Source: Octopus vulgaris
Lineage: Eukaryota
Direction of reading: 5' to 3'
NCBI GenBank assembly: GCA_951406725.2
Contig: OX597835.1
Coordinates: 744,001-808,000 of the forward strand
DNA: 64,000 nt
Shown here: piece by piece, positions 1 through 13,025 of the stretch
Position numbering within the stretch: the stretch's first letter is position 1
Layout: every line of letters starts with the position of its first letter
The notes under the pieces: generated by a model
Told to the model about the DNA's origin: nothing
Seen by the model: only the letters and a program-made list of their open reading frames with translations
Database searches by the model: none
Made by a program: the position numbers and the translations under genes

Positions 1-54
1 AAGAATTAACCAAAATTCTGACTACTTCATTTTTCTTAATAAGTAAGTATGTAT

Positions 55-65
55 GTATATAAGCA

Positions 66-151
<86 letters not shown>

Positions 152-183
152 TATGTGTGTTTCTATGTGCATGTGTGTGTTTC

Positions 184-222
<39 letters not shown>
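55..222. repeat. (TG)n/(TA)n microsatellite
   Basis: Dinucleotide runs seen directly. Confidence 0.95.
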
Positions 223-223
<1 letters not shown>

Positions 224-224
<1 letters not shown>

Positions 225-1263
225 TAGCATTAAAGACCCGTCGTTGCTGGGTCATAGTGCTAGTGCATGTATATATGTGTATATATATGTGTACATATTA
301 CATGTACATCTATATATATACATTTACACATAAAATACAAAATACAAAGTTATATCTTGATATCGCTAGTGATAACAATACTCAAAATATATAACAGACT
401 GGAATTGTTAGCCCTTCTCTTGTAATTTCAATCAATTGTATCTTGTCCTCCCTTTTGTAAAGAAGTGTGGCTACAATCCAGCCTACCTCTACTTCTGGGG
501 TGAGGGAGGGGGAGGGGCATTTAAAATTTTTTTCCAGGACGTCCTACGTCCCAAATATAAAGGTAAAAGTAAAATATTTCCACTTTGCAAGTTCGAGTCG
601 AGTACTCCCCTGCACGCTCCGTTGACTCGAACCTTGCTTCTATTGTGGCGAATTTACCGCCTCTGGTTAGATATCTTTCATAGTCGCACCAAGACACTTT
701 TCGATGGCGCTTTCCTCCGGGTGTTCAAATCTTCTTTTTTCTCTACATTGTATACTTTATAGACAATAGTCTTTTCTTTAATTTAATTTTTTATTATCCA
801 TCTGGACTATTCCATTTCTGCACGCTAATTTTATTTTTAATTTATTCCCATTCATGTGAAACCACTTATTCAAGTTCAAATCATTGATGCAATTTTATAC
901 CAATTGCAATTTTTACTTTTGTTATGTTACGATTATATTATACTTTAGTTTGATTTTAATTATTACTTACTACATATAATTCAATTGTTATTATTATTTT
1001 TATTGTTAAAGTGAAAGCATCTGAAATAAAATAGAGAAATGTTTTTGTTTCACTTTTAACACGTAATACTGAAATAGTGGGGAAGATATGATATTGCTAT
1101 GGGCTCCCTCTAGGCAAGAAGTTGAACATTTTTTTGCCCATGAAACTACATGGACCCTAAGTAAGGCATGTGTAGAATGAAATTGGTTGTGTAGTTCTCA
1201 AGTTTTAGGGAAACACACAGACAGACAGACAGACACACATTCTCAGTTTTATATATATAAAGA
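224..1263 (-). mobile_element. Non-autonomous Helitron/HINE-like element
   Basis: On the minus strand it starts TCTTTATATATATAAAA followed by (TGTC)n. It ends with hairpin GACCCAGCAACGACGGGTC then CTAG, inserted between A and T. Confidence 0.7.
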
Positions 1264-1372
1264 TAGTTAATCCAAACATGAACAAGCAAGAAAAAACAAG
1301 ACAAGGACGTGGAATAAGTACAGTGCTAATGGGTGCTCAGGAAAGGAAAGAAAAGAAAGAGGAGAGAAAGAG

Positions 1373-1404
<32 letters not shown>

Positions 1405-1504
1405 TAGATAGATAGATAGTTTCAGTATAGGTACAATCAACAAAAAGTACTCCACCCTGTGAGAGATAAATATCAATTTAATACACAACCAAAAGACCTA
1501 CAAA

Positions 1505-2183
<679 letters not shown>

Positions 2184-2460
2184 TCATCATCATCATCATC
2201 ATCATCATTGTTTAACGTCCGCTTTCCGCGCTAGCACGGGTTGGACGGTTTGACCGGGTCTGGGAAGCCAGGGGCCGCACCAGGCTCCAGTCTGAATCTG
2301 GCAGAGTTTCTACGGCTGGATGCCCTTCCTAACGCCAACCACTCCGTGAGTGGATTGGGTGCTTTTTACGTGCCACCTGCACAGGGGCCGGAGGGTCCGG
2401 CATCGTCACGATCGGTTCGAGCATTTTAACGTGTCAGCGGCACGGGGGCAACGAGGTCCG
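2184..2460 (-). mobile_element. RTE LINE 3' end / RTE-tail SINE copy with (GAT)n tail
   Basis: Reverse complement of the GGCGTTAGGAAGGGCATCCAGC...GGACGTTAAAC(GAT)n unit that follows the RTE ORF ends at 16263 and ~57640. Confidence 0.8.
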
Positions 2461-2831
2461 GGGTACTTTGGGGATCGGGGTACTTTGGGGATCCAGGGTA
2501 CTTTGGGGATCCGGGGTACTTAGAATGGGTAGTGGGTATGTGGAATTGCTGCAGAAAGCAGCCCGGGTCTTTGTAGTCACAGCATTTATCGTCACTGAGT
2601 AACGTAATTAGGTAGAGGAAAGAAATACAGATATTCTAGAGTTGAGTTGGGGAGGGGGGGTCCAGTTGAGGCGGGTAATATAGGGGAGCAACCAGTGGGG
2701 AAGGTTGGGGTAAGGAGGAACGATGGCAGGAAGGGTTGGTGTAGGTTCCTAAGAAATAAAAACGTAGGATATTACGAGGCGGGAGGGTACTAAAGGGGAT
2801 GGTCGGAATGAGGCAGCGTCAGGAGGAAGCG

Positions 2832-2840
2832 TATATATAC

Positions 2841-2871
<31 letters not shown>

Positions 2872-3052
2872 CATATATATATATACATATATATACATAT
2901 ATATATATACATATATATACATATATATATATACATATATATACATATATATATATACATATATATACATATATATATATACATATATACATATATATAT
3001 ATACACATATATACATATATATATATATATACACATATATACATATATATAT

Positions 3053-3123
<71 letters not shown>

Positions 3124-3124
3124 C

Positions 3125-3183
<59 letters not shown>

Positions 3184-3283
3184 TTATACACATATATATA
3201 TATATATACACACATATATATGTATGTATGTATGTATGTATATATATATATATATATATAACATACATACATATATATATGTA

Positions 3284-3333
<50 letters not shown>

Positions 3334-3347
3334 CATATATATATGTA

Positions 3348-3387
<40 letters not shown>

Positions 3388-3407
3388 CATACATATATAT
3401 ATATGTA

Positions 3408-3457
<50 letters not shown>

Positions 3458-3481
3458 CATACATACATACATATATATATA

Positions 3482-3525
<44 letters not shown>

Positions 3526-3533
3526 ATACATAC

Positions 3534-3590
<57 letters not shown>

Positions 3591-3608
3591 TATATACATA
3601 TATATATC
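2832..3608. repeat. Compound (TA)n/(TACA)n/(TATG)n microsatellite
   Basis: Seen directly. Confidence 0.95.
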
Positions 3609-3891
3609 TGATCGTGGACATTTCCCAGCCTCATCTGGCCCCCGTGCCAGTGGCACGTAAAAAGCACCATCCGATCGTGGCCGTTTGCCAGTCTCGTCTG
3701 GTACCTGTGCTGGTGGCATGTAAAAAGCACCCACTACACTCACGGAGTGGTTGGTGTTAGGAAGGGCATCCACCCGTAGAAACATCGCCAGATCAGACTG
3801 GGCCTGGTGCAGCCCTCTGACTTCCCAGACCCCAGTTGCACCGTTCAACCCATGCCAGCATGGAAAGCGGACGCTAAACGATGATGATGAC
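3609..3891 (+). mobile_element. RTE LINE 3' end copy with (GAT)n tail
   Basis: Same family as 16400-16802; ends GGACGCTAAACGATGATGATGA. Confidence 0.8.
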
Positions 3892-3933
<42 letters not shown>

Positions 3934-4016
3934 TATATTATTTATTATATATATATATATATGTATATATACACAAATGTATATGTATATATATGTATGT
4001 ATGTGTATATATCTAT

Positions 4017-4047
<31 letters not shown>

Positions 4048-4563
4048 AAAGTAACAAACTAAGGAAAAAATCTTTCAAAAGGGTGTGTAAAACATCCAAT
4101 TCACTGGCACATCAGTTAAATACCACATAAATAGGGGTATAAAGCAAATTACAAACAATAAATGAAACAGAGAGATTCAATTGACAGTCTAATAATTTAT
4201 TTATGTTATGATATAACATAATATAACATAAAAGATTATTAAAAAACAAAAAAGTCAACTATTTGTTTCGACTTATATACATTATTTGATTTATAAACAA
4301 CTCATATCCATTTATATAAGTCTCTTCAAAGCTTTGGTTTAAAAGACAGACGAAATTCCGTGTGAAAGGATGGCTGGATTGCAAAAGAAATTAACTCGTG
4401 CATATATGCAGTTACACATAAATCACACACATGTACACATACAAGCATATGTACCAGACTACTCTACCCATAGATACCTATAGGTGTGTGTATATACATA
4501 TATATATATATATATACCTAAAATAATGGCAAAAGAAATTAAGAGATAACTTAGGCAACTTAC

Positions 4564-4724
4564 CACAACTTCAAGACTGTGTTTGGAGCTCTCTTCCATA
4601 TCAAGGCCGGAGACGTTTAGTCTTCCAGTGAAGGGTTCAATGGTAACGCTTCCCTCTGTCCAGACAAAATGAGAGTCAACAATGTTGTTAAATACCTTCA
4701 TAATATATCTGTCTGTTTGTCCAG
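4564..4724 (-). CDS. Cadherin exon 21 ([12 protein letters not shown]...[28 protein letters not shown])
   Basis: gtgacag acceptor (alternative in-frame acceptor ends the exon at 4712) / gtaagt, phase 1 to 0. Confidence 0.82.
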
Positions 4725-5564
4725 CTGTCACACACGCACACACAAACGCTTCAATAAAATATAACTCATGGAGACAAACACGATGCATTCCATTGACACA
4801 TATGTCTTACCTTTGAGAGTGAATGGCCTCAGGTTATAAGTTATGTTACCATGCAGCAAACTGTCAGCATCTGTAGCTTTCACAAAAAATGTCTTTATAC
4901 TGTTTTCCTTAACACTGAATTCATATGATGGCTGCTGAAACTCTGGATCATGATCATTGATGTCTTCGACAATGACAATTACCTGGACAAGATTAGAGAG
5001 AATAGGAATACGTGTATGTAGCCAGTATGCTCTCTGTGAGATTTAGTCTCAGCTCTTCTTCACAGGGCTCCAGTCATCTAACAGAGTGATAAGAGTTAAG
5101 ACAGTTCTCAGGATTTGTAAATATGGGGTTGAGTTTGTGTGTGTGCATTTATGTAGGTGTGTGCACATGCACTTAGGTCCTGCATGGACTGTATTTTTAG
5201 TACTTAGGTGTGTGTGTGAGAGAGAGAGAGTGTGTGTGGGTGTGTAAGTATTGTTCAAGTGTAATTAGTTATTTCTTTACTGCCCACAAGGGGCTACACA
5301 CAGAGGGGACAAACAAACGGATTAAGTCGATTATATCGACCCCAGTGCATAACTGGTACTTATTTAATCGACCCTGAAAGGATGAAAGGCAAAGTCGATC
5401 TCGGCAGAATTTGAACTCAGAACGTAGCGGCAGACAAGTGTAGTTAATGTAAGTTTAAGGTGTTATTCTACAAAGGTTTGCTTGTGTGCATGTGTGGGGA
5501 ATCAGCCTGATACATATGCTTGTGTGTGTACATGTGTGTGATTTATGTGTAACTGCATATAAGC

Positions 5565-5595
<31 letters not shown>

Positions 5596-5772
5596 AGGGT
5601 AAAGTGGTATAATCATGTGTGCCCTTTCTGTATGTGGGTTTTTATTTTAGTGGAGTGGGGGAGGGTTCAGTGTGTGTTTATGGAGTCGATTATTATGCAT
5701 TGGTGTATTGGTATGTTAGAATATGTGAATACATATATTAGCATGTGTATGTGTGAAACATTTGGTATTGGA

Positions 5773-5815
<43 letters not shown>

Positions 5816-6106
5816 GAGTATTGAGCAAAGATGAGTTTGCAAATGTATTTTAGAGTATGTGTGTGTGTACATTCATAATATGTGTGTATTTACAATGATG
5901 TGAGTGTACATGGGTTGAGGTTTATAGGGTTTGCTAATGTATGTTTGTATTGTTATTGTAATGAAGTGGATATGCACATGGCCATTAAATGCATATGTGC
6001 TTGGTGCATGGCTATTAAATGCATATGTGCTTGGTGCATGTATTAAATGCATATGCATTTGTTTGTTTTTTTATCCACAGATGTGTATTTAAGGCCAAAT
6101 GGATTG

Positions 6107-6142
<36 letters not shown>

Positions 6143-9100
6143 GAGAGAGAGAGAGATGTTGATGTGAGTTGTGTACTGTTATATCAACTGAGTGAGTGGA
6201 TTTATGGTGTGTGTGTGTACAGGCAACGTAGAAAAGAGCTTGTTTGTGTGCCATGGGTATCTATGGGTAAAGTAGAGTGCATCAAAAGTGTGTTGTGATA
6301 GTGTGTTGTGACATGTGTATAAATGTGTGGACAAGGCTAAATTAACAACTAACTCAGATGGGACAAGCATAGGTTGGTCGTGGAAGAAGGTCTTGAGTGG
6401 TTTGTGCCTGCTGGTGTAATGCATACAGAGCTTTTCTGAGAAGTGGTTTGCAGGTAAGTAAGATGTGGATACTTTCTGCCGTACATAGATTACATAGCAG
6501 AGTAGGGCTTTGATAATGATACAAAATCATAACTTATATGCTGGGTGGTGTTTGTGGAGTTTTCAAATTTAACTGGTTTGTGAAGTAGTATGTATCCTGT
6601 CCCAGCTTCAGCAGCTGTTGTTGAGGGGCTGATTAAATCTGGTCTAGAACTCATTGGCAATGAGGCCAATGTGTGCTTTGTTGTAATAATTCACTCTGAC
6701 ATTGCAACAGCATAAAAAATAAGAAAATAATATGACTCACTTAGGGCACAACCACTAAATGTCAGACAGAGAACCTCACAGACCCAGGATTACTCTGACT
6801 AGAAAGGGCATGTAACCTCTCCTAGCTGCATTCTCCAGCCTATTGGTACATGTCACATGTAGGCTCATTCACCAGGGTGGTTCCTACCACTCTCACCCAA
6901 CTTTCAGCAAATTTACTGGGAGCAGTACCACTCTCTCTCCACTAACAATCCTTTCTACTAAAGACACAAGGTCTGAAATTTGGGTTGGAGGGGAAGGGGA
7001 CTAGTCGATTACATCAACCCCAGTGTTTCACTGGTAGTTAATTTATTGATCCCAAAAGGATGAAAGGCTAAGCTGACCTCGACAGAACTTGAACTCAGAA
7101 CATAGCAGCAGATAAAATACTGCTAAGTATTTTGCCTGGAGTGCTAACAATTTTGCCAACTCACTGCCTTATTCTCTCTCCACTAATGGTGATGATGATG
7201 ATGATGATGATGATGGTGATGATGATGGTGATGGTGATGATGATGATGATGATGATGGTGATGATGATGGTGATGGTGGCGACGACGACGATAATAATGA
7301 ATAATACCCTTACTGTAATTTCAGAAGAATTCTTTGATGAATCTTCAACAACTGTCAGGGTGAAATTGTTTTGGATGGGATCCCATCTTAGTGGCAATTT
7401 CGTCCTTAGAATACCCTGGTAAAAAGAAACAAAAAAAAAACAAGTAATTTAAATAATAAAATAAGAGAAATATAAATAAAAGACATGTAGAATGGTAAAT
7501 ATATTAGAAAGGTCCAACATGAAATATCCATATTTATAGATACAGGAATGGTTTTGTGTTAAAATGTTTGCTCTGCAATTATTGGTTTTGGGTTTGTTCC
7601 CGCTACGTCGTATTTTGGGCAAGTGTTATCTGCTACAGCTTTGGGTTGACTAATGTATTGTGGGTGGAATTTGGTCGATGGAAACTATACAGAAACCTAT
7701 AGTGTATAATATGTATATATATATATATATATATTATATGCACACACTTACACAAGAAAATACCTAAGCAATAGGCTTTATGCATTCATTGATTTGTGCA
7801 TTGTAGACTTACAGATGTTTCAGATATTCATTTTAGGTGCATTCATGGTTCCGTTTTTCTTAGTCAGTTGATTGAAAGATTGGAAAAAATGAACAACAAT
7901 TATTGATGACCACCAGAGGGGTTGGTGGTGGGGTTTGACATTTCAATATCTTAAGTTAAAACTATTCAACCTTAGTAACAGATAACAATAGAGGAAGGCT
8001 GATGGCTAGAAAAGGGTGACCTAGTTCCTTAGAGTAACCAACTTCTCACTTATCCCACCCTTCTTTCATTTCCTGGTTTTCCTCTCTCTCTTCCTCTTTC
8101 CCTTTTTCTCCTCTTTTCCCTTCACTCCTTTTCCCAATCCCTTCATCACTTGTGCTTCTCTTAAATTTGACACATGATGCGCTAATTCTGAAGGTGATAG
8201 TTTTTTAATGGTCATTCATTTTTTCTATCCATCAGACAACTGATCTAGTAAATGGAACCATGAAAGCATCTAAAATGCTACTACTACTACTACTACTAGA
8301 CAATTTCATTCCCATTCAAAATCAAAAGTGTCCACTAGTAAAGTTCTTTAAAAACCCATGTGCTAAAGTTGTTAAATATGAATGATATAGGTAAGAATTT
8401 GTAAAATTAAAGATTCATTATTTTCCTAAATTTATTCCCACAAGTTCTTATCTACTTTGAATTTGCTCATGGTACGAAAAAGAAGAAAAAAAGAAAAGAT
8501 AAAAGGCTACCTGAGGTAATGACTTGACCAGAATCCAGGCTGTTCCTGATCAAAGGTTTACTCAGAGGTTACTCAGTATTCTAATGTAACCATCTTACCT
8601 TTTAGGAGTTTGTCTTGGATGACATTATCTACTGTATCCCTTACTCTTTTAAGACATAGTATGGTTTGATTTGATGGAGATTTAGCAGCTATTTTTAGCA
8701 TGTTATGTTACCACACACAGTCTTCCTTGCCAGCTTGACTTGGCTGCTGTTGTTTAGCTCTGATCAAGCTCATTCGAGCCATGGTCAAAGTCATTTCAGC
8801 CACAATCATCTCATCTTTTTAGATACAATTTATCTCACACTGCAGTACAGTACAGCATCCACATTTGCGGCAGGCCAAAAAAAAGGGAGAGTAAGTTGCC
8901 CTTTCTTTTTGTAGACTGGGGTGACACCATAGGCAAGAGCTAACAAATCCTTAGTCTCCTGTACCAGGGATACAATGAATACATTGGCAGCAGGAAGTTG
9001 GATAACCAGCAAAGCAGAGGTGTCTGAGACCAATTGTGGCCAAGCGGAAGATCTGTACCATTATACAATGGTTCTTATTTCTTTACTGCCCACAAGGGGC

Positions 9101-12100
9101 TAAATACAGAGGGGACAAACAAGGACAGACAAACGGATTAAGTCGATTATATCAACCCCAATGCGTAACTGGTACTTATTTAATCGACCCCAAAAGGATG
9201 AAAGGCAAAGTCGACCTCGGCGGAATTTGAACTCAGAACATAGCGACAGACGAAATACTGCTAAGCATTTCACCTGGCGTGCTAACATTTCTGCCAGTTT
9301 GATGGTTGGACGTCAACTAGCAAATGAGCTGCTACTGTGGGGCAGCCTCACTGTCAGCCATGCTCATTGCACTCTTGCACACTACTTGATATTTGGCATG
9401 GAAACCCAGAGAGGCAGTCTGGTGGGAGGGGAACACCAACTGCCTTATTCACCATTTTGTTACTGAACAGAATAGGTAATGTTAACCTACAATTAACAGC
9501 TGAGGATGACAAGGACCTTGCTATCTTATATACCTTCCCTTTTTTAATTTAAGATGGTTGGATTTAATTTTCAGAGAGATTTAGCTGCTCTTTCTAACTA
9601 ATTGAGCAACCATGTTGATAGCTCTCTTAGTAGTTAAAAGAATTGTCAGTTACTATTGTTGTTTAGTGCATGCCATTACTGATCAAAAGGACCAGTGATC
9701 AACAGCATCTCAGCCATGACCATCCATAATATTTGTTCAGCACCGTGCACCTAGAATTACATTATCCATTATGTCTTCACCTTAACAGCTGGTAAAGTGT
9801 GGTGTGAGGCAGACTTAGTCACTATTTCTAGCAGTTGGAGTGAATACAGGAATCCCTCTTTTTAATTTATTGGGTTTCATAGCTGAACAAAGATGGTTGA
9901 TTTGATATTTTATGAAATAATTTTGAACTCACTGATTTGCTGTCAATGGTGAAAAGATCACTGCAGGTTTTCAAATAATAAGTAACATTCAATGTCCTTG
10001 AAGCATTCACATTCACGACAAAAGCATCTGAGACATTTTCTTTAACATACGCAATAAGCGGTATGCTGGAACTTGTTAGGAGTTGAACTGTATGACTGGT
10101 ACAAAGCTGTCCTCCATCACAGGCCTGGACAACTATAAAATAGGTCATGCGATCAGTCAAGTTCTTCTTACTGGTCACCTTTCCTGTGACATTATTGATA
10201 TTGAATAGGTCAACGTAATTCAGCACGGAGTAAGTGATGACATTGTTGTTATTTCTGGAGCTGTCATGATCAACAGCATTGACTTCAAACACTTCCTGAT
10301 TTGGCGCAATGGGAAGATTTCTTGCAAAATAACTTAGAGATTGGAATCTTGGTGAATTGTCATTCATATCTAACAAATAAATTGTCACGACTTCCGATGT
10401 TGACTGAGGATTCTTTGCATTGTCAGTTGCCACTATAGTGAGCTCAAATTTTTTGACATTTTCAAAGTCAAGTTCTTTACTATTTTTAACACTTACAACT
10501 CCAGTGACATTGTCTATTTCAAATGCTTGGTTTAAGTTTCCTTTGGTTATGGCATAAGTCACATTATCAGAGTCACCATCATTAGCAGTTACTTGGAAAA
10601 TATTCTTGCTGTTTGAATTTTCATTGATTGTTATATTTGTCTGAAGATTTTGAAACTGAGGTGAAAATTTATTGCTGTTGATAACTTTAATGGTAAGGTT
10701 TTTCTGTGATATCAGAGGAGGAGAGCCATGATCTTGGACATAAATAGCCAAACTGTATGAAGGCCCAAGTAGATAGTTCAAACTGTTTGTAACTGTTAAA
10801 GTGCCATTGCTGGAATCAATGTGAAATTTGTTATATGTCTCAGTCAGGTAAAATGTAAATCCTGGGATGAAATCAGTATCATTTGCTGTTACATTGCTCA
10901 CCACGTAACCAGGTGACACATTATCTAATACATCAACCTCATCCTTCTGGAGCCAGATTTTGGGATGATGACTATTCACAGGTAGCACATGGATAATGAG
11001 TTGAGTGGAGGAATGGCTACTATTTTGACTGAAGCTGAGTGTGACATTATATATTTCTTTATCAAGTACGTCACTGATGATTATACATCTACATGTACTG
11101 TTGTAATTAACAACACTGTTTGATAGTGTCACTGTTAAATTGGATATATCAACATGTGTGTCAACCATTAGATTTGGTGAAAGCTGAAAAATATAGAAAT
11201 TTAAAATAAATACAGAAAACAAGAAAATCAGTAAGACAAAAATATATTAATACAAACATAGATGCCATTATTTAATCTTAGGTTAGTACAAATCAAGCAA
11301 AGGTGTTCCAGCAATGATAATTCCATTAGAGGCTCTCTTGTTGGTTGGTCCCTTATAAAATATGATGTATAACAACAGATGTGTTGTAGAGTTACTGTTG
11401 TGCTGTATTTGGTTATTGGTGGGTTGTATAGATACTAGATTTTCCAGTGTATAGTTACTGGCAGTGGCAGACCGGGTTTAAAAATATTGGTTGCCAAGAG
11501 ACTAAGGGGGCCCACCTGCAACTACAATGCTTTAATTTATTTATTTGTTGTTAAAAGTATTCTTTTCACCTGCCTACAAACACAGCCAGGCTGAAATAAT
11601 TAATGCATTCTTCCAGGAATGAATTTAAAAATTCTCAAACTTGAGGGGACGGGCCCCTTAGATACTAACGTGGGACCCCATATATGGATTCTAATGGTGC
11701 AGGGGCCCACTTGCCATCGGGCAAGCTGGCAACTTGGCCAGTCCACCACATTTACTTATGTGTTGTATACTTACCGTTGAATAGTTAGTGTTGTGTTAGA
11801 TAGCTCCTAGTATTTTATGTAGTTACTAGTATACATTTGGTGTTGTATAGTTATCGTTGTATAGGTACTGGTGTACATTTGGTGTTGTATAGTTACAGGT
11901 GTACATTTGGTGTTGTGTTGTATAGTTATTTGTGTCTTGTATAATCACAGGTATGTTGCTTGGGAGGAGTCGTCCCATATATTTCATATATTTCAGGTAG
12001 TTTTGAGTTTGCTGTGTAAATGCTTCCTGGCTTTCTTGGTGGAGCTAGTAGCGTGTGTGGGTGTGTATGCTTGAGAGAGAGAGGAGAAAGGGAGAGAGGA

Positions 12101-12984
12101 CAGAGAGAGAGAGAGAGAAAAAGAAATAAAAAGAAAGGAAGGAGAGAGAGGGGGAGAGATAGATAAATAGATAGAGAGGTAGATAGACAGACAGACAGAC
12201 AGATAGACAGATAAAGAGGAAATAGTTTCCAGAACTTCACTGCTATGTTATCAACCCCAAAGAGTGTGAGAATTGGCTTTGGCAGGAATTGAACTCAGAA
12301 ATTAGTCACAAAGTATTCTATCTGATGCTTTAATGACTTTGCTAATTCACTGCATTGGTTTTTTTAATTAGTGTGACTCATTGTCTATTAAAATTCAGTT
12401 TATTTTTATTTTAGGCGGTTGGTGAAATTTCAATCCTTCCCTACTCGAATTTTCTTAGTGTTGAAATGAAGAGGATTCTATAATACAAAGATAATGAGTG
12501 GCAGACCAAATATGCTGATTGGTTCTCTGGGAATGCTACCACTACCACTGCACCACCAGCAACAACAACAACAACAGCTGCCATCATCATCATTGCCACC
12601 AGAACCTGCCAAGAATTCAGTTCAAATCTCAATCGCACCCAATTCCTCTCCATCACTGCTTTTCTAACAAGTGTTGACCCGGAGATACCCAGGATGGTTT
12701 CAGCTGCATCAAGTTCAAAGTGGACATGGAATTCCTCCTCTCTCGAATTTGCATATAAAATCTTTTAAAAGAACGTAAAGAAGAGAAATTCTTACTTGGA
12801 ATATGTCAGTCCCAACTGGTGTATTTTGCTTCACAAACAAATTAAAATGGCTTTTGACAAACTCAAACGGTTTTATAACCTCTACCATCAGCAACGCAGC
12901 ACTTTTGTAGAATCCTGTATGTTAAACAACAGAAGATCAAGTTTGATGTACACACGCATGCACGCACGCACGCACACACGCACG

Positions 12985-13025
<41 letters not shown>

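Noticed and set aside
8830-9033. Short ORF with [11 protein letters not shown], faintly like a pyruvate kinase C-domain
   Set aside because: There is a stop ten codons upstream, no convincing splice sites and no further motifs; likely chance or an old repeat. BLASTX would settle it.
9867-11222. Stand-alone single-exon protocadherin
   Set aside because: No signal peptide or TM segment; it is bounded by splice sites and joins in frame to exons on both sides.
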